A stretch of 64,000 nucleotides of DNA from assembly GCA_002269645.1 (NCBI GenBank), contig NIVC01000070.1, positions 1,054,001-1,118,000 on the forward strand. The letters run 5' to 3'. A program made the position numbers and the translations under genes. The stretch is from Macrostomum lignano. Its lineage: Eukaryota. Positions 12,810 through 25,124 of this stretch are shown here, in pieces. The number at the start of each line of letters is the position of its first letter. Positions within the stretch are counted from its first letter, which is position 1. The notes under the pieces are model-generated. The model saw only the letters and a program-made list of their open reading frames with translations, had not been told where the DNA came from and made no database searches.

Positions 12810-13497
12810 ATGGACAACTAGAGTAGAAGGACGCTACACTCGGCTTTCGTGGAAATCGGGCTGGAGGTCAAATTTTCGCGTAAATACACTAGCGAGATAG
12901 AAGAATATAATATTTTGCAGGCGAAATAGGCAGCTAAATTTGAGTCGAAGAAGCAGTGAAGTTCTTATTGTGATATAAGTTGAAAGCGTTATTGCTTTGT
13001 TGAATTTTATAAGGCTTTCATCGCGAAAGTGTAGCATTCTGCTTTTTTCATTTACATTATAATTATAAGACATACTCTACTCTAGTTGGCCTGTGGCGTA
13101 TCTAGTAGTACAGTATTCACTACTATTATTAATATTAGGCTATGCATGTCTACTGTATTCAGTAATGGACAATGACCAAGCCAGTCTATACATCCAGCCT
13201 GTGTACTATCTGTAGTAGATCTCAAATCTCATGCCTATGATCAATATCTGGGTCTGTTTTGACTTTCGACTGCGCTATTTTCTGACTGATTATAGTTTTC
13301 TATACATGTTCAGTGCCGATTAATAGCAAAGCTGAGCATTAATCAGTTGTACTCGAGGCAACAAATTTCTGAGCAACCCAATGAAAGAATTTTTAGTTTT
13401 CATGCAGCCAATCAAGAGATATTGACTTTTGAATATTGGCCTCCAGCCAATTTTACACGATTCGCGAGTGTAGCGTCCTTCTACTCTAGTTGTCCAT
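12810..13497. mobile_element. MITE-like element bounded by 32-bp perfect inverted repeats
   Basis: atggacaactagagtagaaggacgctacactc at 12810-12841 and its reverse complement at 13466-13497. No clear TSD. Confidence 0.55.
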
Positions 13498-13498
13498 G

Positions 13499-14386
13499 GT
13501 CTCATGCCATAGAAAGATCAATGAAAAGTGTATCAGGTCATAAAAATCAATGAAAACAGTGTCTCAGGCCATGAAGATCAATTAAAACAGTGTCTCAGGC
13601 CATGAAGATCAATTAAAACAGTGTCTCAGGCCATGAAGATCAATTAAAACAGTGTCTCAGGCCATGAAGATCAATGAAAACAGTGTCTCAGGCCATGAAG
13701 ATCAATGAAAACAGTGTCTCAGGCCATGAAGATCAATTAAAACAGTGTCTCAGGCCATGAAGATCAATGAAAACAGTGTCTCAGGCCATGAAGATCAATG
13801 AAAACAGTGTCTCAGGCCATGAAGATCAATTAAAACAGTGTCTCAGGCCATGAAGATCAATTAAAACAGTGTCTCAGGCCATGAAGATCAATTAAAACAG
13901 TGTCTCAGGCCATAAAGATCAATGAAAACAGTGTCTCAGGCCATGAAGATCAATGAAAACAGTGTCTCAGGCCATGAAGATCAATTAAAACAGTGTCTCA
14001 GGCCATGAAGATCAATTAAAACAGTGTCTCAGGCCATGAAGATCAATGAAAACAGTGTCTCAGGCCATGAAGATCAATGAAAACAGTGTCTCAGGCCATG
14101 AAGATCAATGAAAACAGTGTCTCAGGCCATGAAGATCAATTAAAACAGTGTCTCAGGCCATGAAGATCAATTAAAACAGTGTCTCAGGCCATGAAGATCA
14201 ATTAAAACAGTGTCTCAGGCCATGAAGATCAATGAAAACAGTGTCTCAGGCCATGAAGATCAATGAAAACAGTGTCTCAGGCCATGAAGATCAATGAAAA
14301 CAGTGTCTCAGGCCATGAAGATCAATGAAAACAGTGTCTCAGGCCATGAAGATCAATGAAAACAGTGTCTCAGGCCATGAAGATCG
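13499..14386 (+). repeat. 31-bp minisatellite (AAAACAGTGTCTCAGGCCATGAAGATCAATG), forward array
   Basis: About 28 units; same family as 15876-17070 in the opposite orientation. Confidence 0.95.
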
Positions 14387-14925
14387 AAAAGCAATCATAG
14401 AAATTAAAAACTCCCAGAATGTAAGCGCATTATCCGTGGTTCAATTTCGTCAGAAATTTTGAAAGCCTTGACTTCCCAAAATAACTATTAAACCATTGAA
14501 AAATTCCATTTTCATAAGCTCTAATGCGTTTTAATATAGTCTTTTGAATTCTATTTTCGTCATTTTGCATTCCGTTTAGACAGTTGCGCCAGTACTGAGC
14601 AAAGGAGTTTTTACTCTAGACAGAACTTCTTAATTCTTTTTGCTGCCTTTCATCCTTTCTCAATTCTGACCTTCGGTGCTTTACCGTGTATCTTTGATCA
14701 ACTGACTTACCTTTTTCCGTCTATGTCGGTCTAATGGACGAGACCTAACCTTCTGGGAAATGGCAATTCTCAACTTGGCTGACAAAAGCAATACGCTCAA
14801 GCGCTCGTGTATGTGACAAGCAATCTAACACAGCTGAGCCGCATTAACACGTGAGGAAATGCCAAAAGTCATAGTTTGTCTCAAGAATAAAGTATGTTTT
14901 AGACAGACCTTGCTCAAACTCAAGA

Positions 14926-15200
14926 GAGATGATAGCTTAGTGGTTGGAGCTTCAGACTCACGACTTAAAAGTCGGGGGTTCGGTTCTGTTTAAGCAAGAC
15001 ACTTTCTCTGCATTGCTTCAGTTCACCCAGCTGTAAAATGAAAATGGGTGCCAGCATTAGCCGGGGTAATTGAGGGTGTGTGTGGCGACCCCCCAGTCCT
15101 TGGACTGAACAGCCATACGCAGCCTTCAGATGCACCGCGCAATAGCTGCGGCTGAGCTGTCGGTTGCACATCTGCCCATTGGGACAGGTGTAATCAATTA
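14926..15200 (+). mobile_element. tRNA-derived SINE-like element with a conserved-type central domain
   Basis: A-box-like TAGCTTAGTGG and B-box-like GGTTCG, followed by gcaagacactttctctgcattgcttcagttcacccagctgtaaaatg, which resembles CORE/V-type SINE central domains as I recall them. Not a full cloverleaf. Confidence 0.55.
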
Positions 15201-15718
15201 TAGCTCATATTTTAGTATATAGGATTACTATATTATTACTCGAACACATGGTTACTCGATAGTCGCGTAATGACGGCCACTTTAATAAAATTATCAGGCA
15301 GATTCTTGTAGGTAATCAGCGGCGGGACGATTTTCCATTGACATTTCAAGCCCAGAGTAGAAAGATACTTACTGTTCACTCCATTGATCTCTTTCTTCTT
15401 TTCTGGGGCCGACATAATATATAACCCATTTTGAATTTCAGTGAAAACAGGCCGTGGACTACCCTCACCCCGAGCTGTTCTATCGATATGCATTTCGTGA
15501 CAGAAGTCTCCACACTTCTGTTGGCCATAGACATCCGAATTAGAAGCGGGCGGCGGTTGTACCATGATTTCCTAAGAAAGTTCTCCTTCATCAAATGAAT
15601 CCATTCCGTGCCCGCTACTTTTGTCTATGGTTAATGCTTAGTGGCGCCCTCGAAATGATGAGACAACACAGCTCTGTCAATGGATTTGAAAGCAGGAATG
15701 AGATGGAATCCTCCGACA

Positions 15719-15815
15719 CTGTCTGTCTGTCTGCCTGTCTGTCTGTCTGTCTGTCTGTCTTAGTGTCTGTCTGTCTGTCTATCTGTCTGTCTGTGTGTCT
15801 GTCTGTCTGTCTGTG

Positions 15816-15866
<51 letters not shown>

Positions 15867-15878
15867 CTGTCTGTCTGA
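15719..15878. repeat. (TGTC)n microsatellite
   Basis: Directly visible. Confidence 0.95.
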
Positions 15879-17070
15879 TCTTTATGGCCTGAGACACTGT
15901 TTTCATTGATCTTTATGGCCTGAGACACTGTTTTCATTGATCTTTATGGCCTGAGACACTGTTTTCATTGATCTTTATGGCCTGAGACACTGTGTTCATT
16001 GATCTTTATGGCCTGAGACACTGTTTTCACTGATCTTTATGGCCTGAGACACTGTTTTCATTGATCTTTATGGCCTGAGACACTGTTTTCACTGATCTTT
16101 ATGGCCTGAGACACTATTTTCACTGATCTTTATGGCCTGAGACACTGTTTTCATTGATCTTTATGGCCTGAGACACTGTTTTCACTGATCTTTATGGCCT
16201 GAGACACTGTTTTCATTGATCTTTATGGCCTGAGACACTGTTTTCACTGATCTTTATGGCCTGAGACACTGTTTTCATTGATCTTTATGGCCTGAGACAC
16301 TGTGTTCATTGATCTTTATGGCCTGAGACACTATTTTCACTGATCTTTATGGCCTGAGACACTGTTTTCATTGATATTTATGGCCTGAGACACTGTTTTC
16401 ATTGATCTTTATGGCCTGAGACACTGTTTTCACTGATCTTTATGGCCTGAGACACTGTTTTCATTGATCTTTATGGCCTGAGACACTGTTTTCATTGATC
16501 TTTATGGCCTGAGACACTGTTTTCATTGATATTTATGGCCTGAGACACTGTTTTCACTGATCTTTATGGCCTGAGACACTGTTTTCACTGATATTTATGG
16601 CCTGAGACACTGTTTTCACTGATATTTATGGCCTGAGACACTGTTTTCATTGATCTTTATGGCCTGAGACACTGTGTTCATTGATCTTTATGGCCTGAGA
16701 CACTGTGTTCATTGATCTTTATGGCCTGAGACACTATTTTCATTGATCTTTATGGCCTGAGACACTGTTTTCATTGATCTTTATGGCCTGAGACACTGTT
16801 TTCATTGATCTTTATGGCCTGAGACACTGTTTTCATTGATCTTTATGGCCTGAGACACTATTTTCATTGATCTTTATGGCCTGAGACACTATTTTCATTG
16901 ATCTTTATGGCCTGAGACACTGTTTTCATTGATCTTTCTATGGCCTGAGACACTATTTTCATTGATCTTTATGGCCTGAGACACTGTTTTCATTGATCTT
17001 TATGGCCTGAGACACTATTTTCACTGATCTTTATGGCCTGAGACACTGTTTTCATTGATATTTATGGCTT
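15876..17070 (-). repeat. 31-bp minisatellite, reverse array (GATCTTTATGGCCTGAGACACTGTTTTCATT)
   Basis: About 38 units; reverse complement of the 13499-14386 family. Confidence 0.95.
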
Positions 17071-17148
17071 GAGCTTTCAAGGAAGGATTTACTATGAATT
17101 AGCACTGCAACTGGCAACGTTTTTACCATAGACTACTATGAAATTTTC

Positions 17149-18830
17149 GGGATAGCGACGTTTGCCTGCGGGACGGTTGCCAGCCGACGTTTGCCTGCGG
17201 GACGTTTGCCAGCCGACATTTGCCAGCCGACGTTTGCCAGCCGACGTTTGCCAGTGGGACGTTTGCCAGCCGAAGTTTGCCTGCCGGACGTTTGCCAGCC
17301 GACGTTTGCCTGCGAGACGTTTGCCAGCCGACATTTGCCAGCCGACGTTTGCCAGCCGACGTTTGCCAGCGGGACGTTTGCCAGCCGAAGTTTGCCTGCC
17401 GGACGTTTGCCTGCCGGACGTTTGCCAGCCGACGTTTGCCAGCCGACGTTTGCCTGCCGGAAGTTTGCCAGCCAAAATTTGCTAGCCAATATAAAGCCAG
17501 TCAGTGAAAAATTTGATACTGAAACATTCGCAGTTTAGCGGTTTGACAAAAACCGTTTTTACTCCAACTTTTTGACGGTTATTCGCATGTATACAAGTTT
17601 GAAAGCAAAATATATAAATTATGCAGTTCATCAGTCTAACGTCTAATATCTAGTTTAACAACGATTTTGGCACAACATATCAAAAGATGAACATTGGGTT
17701 TGCCTCGTATGAAAGCAATAACAATTGTTGTGCTGAAAAGATGAAAACTTCCTATCTCCCTATGGCCTTCAAAACATTTTTCATAGATTTAGAGTGCTGC
17801 GTACTTCTACTTTAGTAGTCCTTGGCATGACTAAGCTTTGCATACGTAGTGTCTAGCGCTTGCTATTCTACTAGCTTGCTACTGGCGGCTTGTCTGGCTA
17901 TTCAGCTATATAGCTTACTATAAAAACGTACCGCATTCGACTCGTCTACACATGTACGTTGAGATCGCGGTTTCCTTGCTTACTTGAGTAGTAATACAAC
18001 AGCATTGGAATCAATTTGCTTACTTTTAGATTTCCCAATGAACTGAGAAATATATGAGCCAGAATTACCGCTCAGCAGCTCTTTTTGTTTGCCTCATAAC
18101 TTAATCGCTGGAGATTCCCGTTGTAATCTGCGCGTCTTCTTTCGCACATCAAAAATCAAACATCTCAAACTGGGAAAAACGATACACAATTGTCAAAAGT
18201 AAACAATATTTTCACATTCAAAGAAAATCGTTGTTAAACTGGATATTAGATGTAAATCTATATAAATTGCATAATTTATATAGATTTTGCATAAATTTCA
18301 TAATTTATATATTTTGCTTTCAAACTTGTATACATGCGAATAACCGTCAAAAAGTTGGAGTAAAAACGGTTTTTGTCAAACCGCTAAACTGCGAATGTTT
18401 CAGTATCAAATTTTTCACTAACTGACTTTATATTGGCTAGCAAATTTTGGCTGGCAAACTTCCGGCTGGCAAACGTCGGCTGGCAAACGTCCGGCAGGCA
18501 AACGTCCGGCAGGCAAACGTCGGCTGGCAAATGTCGGCTGGCAAACGTCCGACTGGCAAACGTCCCGCTGGCAAACGTCGGCTGGCAAATGTCGGCTGGC
18601 AAATGTCGGCTGGCAAATGTCGGCTGGCAAATGTCGGCTGGCAAATGTCGGCTGGCAAACGTCGGCTGGCAAACGTCCCGCAGGCAAACGTCCGGCAGGC
18701 AAACTTCGGCTGGCAAACGTCCCGCTGGCAAACGTCGGCTGGCAAACGTCGGCTGGCAAATGTCGGCTGGCAAACGTCCCGCAGGCAAACGTCGGCTGGC
18801 AAACGTCCCGCAGGCAAACGTCGTAGACCC
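17149..18830. mobile_element. Non-autonomous foldback-type DNA transposon: GGG...CCC ends, ~480-530-bp TIRs containing 14-bp tandem repeats, 8-bp TSD AAATTTTC
   Basis: TSD at 17141-17148 and 18831-18838. Arrays gccagccgacgttt / aaacgtcggctggc are inverted; unique inverted sequence at about 17480-17623 matches 18299-18450. No transposase ORF. Confidence 0.88.
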
Positions 18831-19654
18831 AAATTTTCAGTAGCCAATCGGTGCGAACTGGAGCTTCGCGGAGCAAATTTGTTACCCCTTAAAATTTAAT
18901 TCAAAAAAGCAATCTACGGTTTTATTCATCACATGGCTTCAAACCTCGTTTCAACACTACAGCGACTTTTGTGAAGACCGAAAAGCAGTCATCTGAAAAT
19001 GTTCACCAACATTCAGGCGTATGCATTTAGCTTCTCAAGTTTCAACCAAATCGTTTTTTTGTTGTTAAACTTCAGGTCGAGTGCTCCGTGTCTGTGTGAG
19101 AGTCAATGTTTCTGCTCTGCACTCTGTGAGCATGCTCACTGATTCTCGGACGGCTTAAAAATGTTGCAAGAGAGCGGTACATGGCTCAAGGTATAACGGT
19201 TGAGATGTTCAGGGTTTGAAAGCAGCTTAAAAATTGAGTAGGCTCAGAAGACAGCATACTGTTCAGCAATTGCAGTGCACTTCCTAAATTCCTTTGAAAA
19301 CAATCCCCTCAGTCAGGCCAGGCTGCCCCTCAAATCCCAAGCCTCGCCCATTTCTCTTAGTCCTCCCGTTCGTCTCTCCTCCTCTTCTCACTGGTTCAAT
19401 TTGCCCTCAGCCAATGGCGATTCATCCAGCAGATTAAAGATGGATTTCCTAAGCTGCTGAGCGAGTGAGGGAGAGAGACACAGAGAGATTTGGGGAGAGG
19501 CCTTCATAACTGAGACAGAGTAACTGCCCAGAGATTGAGATGCTGGTCACGATCTTAAGCTGAGCTCCAACCGAGAAGACAACCTCAGCTGAGCACCGCG
19601 GGTATTAAATTTGAACAAAAAGCCACGAACTGAGACAAGCTGAGCACCGCGGGC

Positions 19655-20389
19655 ATGTCCTCAACAGCCGGGAACCCAGTCATCGAGCTGAATGTCGGCG
19701 GTGTCATCTTTGCCACCACGCTGGAGACGCTGCGGAGCGAGTCCGACAGCCTTCTGGCCGAGTGGTTTCAACAGCCGGAGAGGCACCTGGCCAAGGACAG
19801 CCAGGGCCGCTTCTTCATCGACCGGGACGGCCAGGCGTTCGGCCAGCTGCTCAACTGCCTTCGCGATGGCGGCGACGCCCCCGTGGTGGTCTCCTCGTCC
19901 AGCATCTGCAGCCGACTCCGACTGCGCACCGAGGCCACCTTCTACGGCTTGAAAGGCGTCCTGGCGTCGTTGGACCGCGGCTGTCCGCAGCCGGGCTTCG
20001 ACGCTGCCGGCCCCGCGTCCGCCTGCATCACCGTCGGCTACCGCGGCACCTTCGCCTTCGGACGCGACGGCCTCGCCGACGTGAAATTTCGCAAGCTGAC
20101 GCGCATCCTGGTGGCCGGGCGCATCTCTCTGTGCCGCCAGGTGTTCGGCGACACGCTGAACGAGAGCCGCGACCCGGACCGCGGCGAGGACGACAGGTAC
20201 ACCAGCCGGTTCTTTCTCAAGCACAACATCCTAGAGCAGGCCTTCGAGATGCTGTACGACGCCGGCTTCAGCATGGTGGGCTCCTGCGGCTCCGGCACCA
20301 ACAGCAGCATGACGGACGTGAAGCCGGGCCAGGACAACGAGGAGACGAAGTGGCAGCACTACAATGAGTTTGTGTTCGTCAGGAACTGA
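19655..20389 (+). CDS. BTB/POZ-domain KCTD protein of the KCTD8/12/16 type (BTB plus H1 domain), single coding exon, 244 aa
   Basis: VIELNVGG...FFIDRDG BTB motifs and H1-type ITVGYRGTFAFGRDG...KFRKLTRILVAG...ESRDPDR...YTSRFFLKHNILEQAF...YNEFVFVR. ATG to TGA, GC3-rich. Confidence 0.93.
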   Translation: MSSTAGNPVIELNVGGVIFATTLETLRSESDSLLAEWFQQPERHLAKDSQGRFFIDRDGQAFGQLLNCLRDGGDAPVVVSSSSICSRLRLRTEATFYGLKGVLASLDRGCPQPGFDAAGPASACITVGYRGTFAFGRDGLADVKFRKLTRILVAGRISLCRQVFGDTLNESRDPDRGEDDRYTSRFFLKHNILEQAFEMLYDAGFSMVGSCGSGTNSSMTDVKPGQDNEETKWQHYNEFVFVRN

Positions 20390-20859
20390 CAGCTGCTAGT
20401 TCAGAAGAGAAATTCAAACTAGCTGTTGAAGAGTGATTTCAAATTGGTTTTAGACTACTCATTTTTAACTGTCACTTTTAATGTCTGTAGTATTAAATTA
20501 TTGCCCATGAAATGGAAAAATATTTTCCGTTAATTTCTAGTCTTCTAGGCTGCATTAATATTTCTATCAGCTCTTCAACCAAAGCTTTCATTGCTTCTTC
20601 GCAAGTCCAGCGAAAATTTTCGCTACGAGCTGCTCTACTTCAAGTAATATTTGATGGATACGAAATTATTAATGATAGTTTAGCGCAAGTCTCTCGGTTT
20701 GTAAGTTAATAAGTCACGAAATATAAAAAAACTATATTTGTGCATGTCTTCGAAACTGCTTCTTTCAGCAACCTTCAACCGCTTTCAGGTTGAGATGCGG
20801 TGGCTGCATCGGTGAGTGGAGGGCGGAGCCAGAAGTAGCTACTTTTGGGGAGAGGGCGC

Positions 20860-21490
20860 CAAACAGAAGGTGAAAAGGGGCGCCAAACAGGTAAAAAGGG
20901 TGCCAACCCGAAAGAGAGAAATGGCGCCAAACAGAAGGCGAAAAAGGCGCAAAACTGAAAGGGAAAAAGACGCCCAACTGAAAGTGAAAAAAGGCGCCAA
21001 ACCGAAAGAGAAAAACGGCGCCAAACCGAAAAATAAGAAGCCAAGGCCCCAAACAGAAAGAGAAAGGGCGCCAAACCGAAAGAGAAAGGGCGCAAAACCG
21101 AAAGAGAAAGGGCGCCAAACCGAAAGAGAAAGGGCGCCAAACCGAAAGAGAAAGGGCGCCAAACCGAAAGAGAAAGGGCGCCAAACAGAAGATGAAAAAA
21201 GCGCCAAATCGAAAGAGAAAAAGGGCGCCAAACTGAAAGGGAAAAGGAAGCCAAACAGAATATCAAAAAGGGCACCAAACCAAAAGAGAAAAAGGGCGCC
21301 AAACCGAAAGATAAAAATGGCGCCAAACTAAAAGATATATAAGAAGTGCCAAATCAAAATAGAAAAAAGCGCCAAACCAAAAGAGAAAAAGGGCGCCAAA
21401 CTGAGGGTAAAAAGAGGCGCCCACATGGAAAAAAGAAGGTGGCGGGAATCTTATCTGGAAAAAGGACGCCAAACAAAACGAAAAAAAGGC
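20860..21490. repeat. Degenerate ~22-bp purine-rich minisatellite (GGGCGCCAAACCGAAAGAGAAA)
   Basis: Repeated ggcgccaaa cores; explains the K/R-rich and F-rich spurious ORFs. Confidence 0.85.
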
Positions 21491-22360
21491 GCCATACGCC
21501 CGTAGACAGAGGAAGTCGCGTCAGAACTCGACAGAATTTACTGCAGCCATTCGAACCGGCCGCAAGTCGCGCTCGAGAGCCAGCCGGCACTGGAAGACAG
21601 TCTGCATGGGCACAGGACCGGGTACGTGCTGGTGTCACTCGCAAACTCGCCGAAACTAATGAAGCTTCAGCCAAAAAGCTTGCTGTTTCTAAGAAAACTA
21701 GAAAATCAATTGGCCAATTCTCATCAGGGCAGCTGTCACCTGGAGCCGCCTGGCCGCAACAGACATTCCTCAGTTCTCAAAGCTTAACTTCTCCCATAAG
21801 TTCCTTGCTGGGCCACTGTCGGGAAATAAAGCCAAGAAGCTTTTAATTAAATTACGCTGTCAGCGACAGAACGAAGCACGAAAAAAAGAATTTCCTGAAT
21901 AAAAGTGCAGCCAGACCGAGAAGCACCGCGGGTACCTGTGGATATTCAGCACAAAGAGGTTCTCGTACTATTTTGGCTGGGGCAAAACGGTTACTGCAGT
22001 GCAGGATTATATTTACGTAGTTTGATGGATGACTGCATTGCTGCTTCTGAAGCCAGAATCCATCATTCTCTGGCTCAAGTAGCTGAATATTTTGTGTTTC
22101 TGAGAGCCCTGCAGTCTCCTGAAAAGGTTTTTAGCAAAATTCTACCTGTTCAAACAGCATTAGTGCCGCGACAGGTTAGAGCGCATTCTAGAGTGCATTG
22201 GTGTTTGATTTTGTCTTGAGTTCACGAACTCTGACGCATGCAGCTAAAGTATTAATCAGATGGGATATTGTTACCATGCACGAGACTATCGATATCTACT
22301 CTCGTATGTAGTCAAAATACCACTCCTAATCCGCCCTCAAAGAATCCGTGTTGGAAAAGC

Positions 22361-23110
22361 ACTCCCAATCCACAGAGAATCACTCCCAATCCACAGAGAA
22401 TCACTCCCAATCCACAGAGAATCATTCCCAATCCACAGAGAATCATTCCCAGTCCACAGAGAATCACTCCCAATCCACAGAGAATCATTCCCAATCCACA
22501 GAGAATCACTCCCAATCCACAGAGAATCACTCCCAATCAACAGAGAATCATTCCCAATCCACAGAGAATCATTCCCAGTCCACAGAGAATCATTCCCAAT
22601 CCACAGAGAATCATTCCCAATCCACAGAGAATCATTCCCAATCCACAGAGAATCATTCCCAATCCACAGACAATCACGCCCAATCCACAGAGAATCATTC
22701 CCAATCCACAGAGAATCATTCCCAATCCACAGACAATCACGCCCAATCCACAGAGAATCATTCCCAATCCACAGACAATCACGCCCAATCCACAGAGAAT
22801 CATTCCCAATCCACAGAGAATCATTCCCAATCCACAGACAATCACGCCCAATCCACAGAGAATCATTCCCAATCCACAGAGAATCATTCCCAATCCACAG
22901 ACAATCACGCCCAATCCACAGAGAATCATTCCCAATCCACAGAGAATCATTCCCAGTCCACAGAGAATCATTCCCAATCCACAGAGAATCATTCCCAATC
23001 CACAGAGAATCATTCCCAGTCCACAGAGAATCATTCCCAGTCCACAGAGAATCACTCCCAGTCCACAGAGAATCACTACCTAACAATCATTCCCAATCCA
23101 CAGTCACTCC
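22361..23110. repeat. 21-bp minisatellite (CCCAATCCACAGAGAATCATT)
   Basis: About 34 units; explains ORFs 22260-23154. Confidence 0.95.
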
Positions 23111-24574
23111 CAATTTACAAAACCACTTCTAGCGCCACCCTAATAACCCAATAAAACGTATTTAATGCTTGAAATAAAAATAATGAGTTCAGAACACTTC
23201 CCTTCCGAGTCTCCATGGATACTTACTGACTGCATCACCGACTCTGCTGTTTTGGCTCGAACTGAGACACCCCACTTAATCACGGTTTAAAACCCCTAAG
23301 GATAGATCAAGCACAGCCCCACAAAATCTTCCTGACAAGACGAGAATTAAATTTAATCGATAGTTTAAAAAATACCCTTCAGACGCTTGGAAGAGTGACT
23401 TCGGCCTTCTTAATTGTATTTTTAATGACGATTCGCAATTCCTACCATGCAGTATTGCCTTCAAGCTGGTAAACCCGGTATGCCATGCTCAAATTCAGTC
23501 AGAATTCTTATCATTCATAATTAACGAATACCGCTAATCATCTCCTACAGGAGCTTAGCGAAGCGTTGTCAATGCTTATTCAAGTAGGACAAGTAAACTT
23601 TACTGTGTTACAATAGCAGCCACGTGTAACTGTTAGAATAATTCTCAATAATTCATTAGACGTTTCGAAGAAAAGTATGTTTGAGCCAAAACTTCTAAGG
23701 TACGGAGCGATCTAGAGCCAAGGCTGAATTATTAACATCCGGAATGCTACTCCATCATTTCTTCTTGTGCGTCTGCATTGAAAAAAAACTTCCGTTTTTA
23801 ATAAGGTTTCATTAAAGAGTTCGCGATGCTATTTCATAGAAACATAAAAAGGCCGAAATTTGCGTGTTGTACTCCATGACTGTTTTTTAATGAGCTGAGA
23901 ATGGGACATTGGGGTGTCAGATGGGTTGATATTGGTGTCAGGGGGATTGATATTGATGGCCACGTTGGTGTCAAAAGGGGCAAGCATTGTGTCGAAATAA
24001 TAAGCTACAACAAAAAAACCATTGAACACACGATTGTAAACTGTAAACTGTTTATTAACAAGAAAATATTCTTTGACGGTTATATTTTTAGCAAAACATC
24101 GCTATAAACTACTTTAAGAATATAAAAGGAGAGTGCAAAAACAATGAAAATAATATCGCCAGTGGAAAAATAAGGAAAATAAATAAATAAACTAAATAGC
24201 TATCCATAACAACTGAAATGCAACATGAGCGTTAAAATATTAAAATATTACTTGTAGAGCTACTGTGTGCGTTGGCTGTCTCGCTTAACATTTCTCCAAA
24301 TAAAAACAATACAATACTATTTTATTATTATTTTCTAAACGAATAAAACTTCGTGATTTCTGAAAACCAGAAAACTAAACTATTAGGTGGGCTGGGCGTC
24401 TGGTCCAGTCAGTTTTACGAGGTAGGTAGGGGGTTGGAAAGCTACGGAGTGGGGTGGGGCGTCTGGTCCAATCAGTTTTCGGGAGGGGGTCGGAAAGCTA
24501 CGGAGTGGGGTGGGCGTCTGGTGGGGGGTAGGAAAGCTATACGTTGTGGGGTGGGTGCCACTTACAGAGCTCCC

Positions 24575-25009
24575 TCACTGCACCAGGCAGTCGATACAGG
24601 CGTGCCCGCTCTCGCCCTGAGGAATTTCCACAAAGTCGGGCATGGCTCTGGCCAGATAGGTCAAAGTGCCGTATCTTCCGCTGGGCGCTGAGTCGTAGAA
24701 GTGCAAGCAGACGCCGCATGCGCCACCGCAGGGCAGGCGCGCAGTCTCGCTCAGCCAGTAGTTGCTATCGAAGTCGCGGCGGTTGATGACTCGCTCAACG
24801 CAGCAGCGATTGGCATCGCCTCTCTGCTCAGCCTGGTCCAGCAGGAACAGCCAGTTGGCGCGATGAACCAGCTGCTCAACCTGAAGCACAAGGCCAAGAT
24901 TGATGCGGCCGGCTGGGTCCACTTCAGGTAGGCGGACCAGCAGGCTGAGGGCTTCCACAATTAGCTGGCGATATTCTGGCACCGGCACGCGGGTGATAAT
25001 AGACTCCAC
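24575..25009 (-). CDS. PHKA: Phosphorylase kinase regulatory subunit alpha, last exon (ends ...CIDCLVQ*)
   Basis: Acceptor acgcag|GTG; VPVPEYRQLIVEA and YDSAPSGRYGTLTYL conserved; C-terminal CaaX CLVQ. Confidence 0.93.
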   Translation of the reverse strand: MESIITRVPVPEYRQLIVEALSLLVRLPEVDPAGRINLGLVLQVEQLVHRANWLFLLDQAEQRGDANRCCVERVINRRDFDSNYWLSETARLPCGGACGVCLHFYDSAPSGRYGTLTYLARAMPDFVEIPQGESGHACIDCLVQ

Positions 25010-25124
25010 CTGCGTAAGGCATTTACAGTACATGAAATTAGGTGTAGAGCAGGGTCAGCAAACTTCCCTCAAAGCCCTCGTGTCTTTTGAAACTTCACAA
25101 TAGCAATCTGTCCCGCTTCCGGTA

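Noticed and set aside
22260-23154. Overlapping 180-290-aa repeat ORFs in several frames
   Set aside because: A 21-bp stop-free tandem repeat opens many frames at once, which marks a non-coding array.
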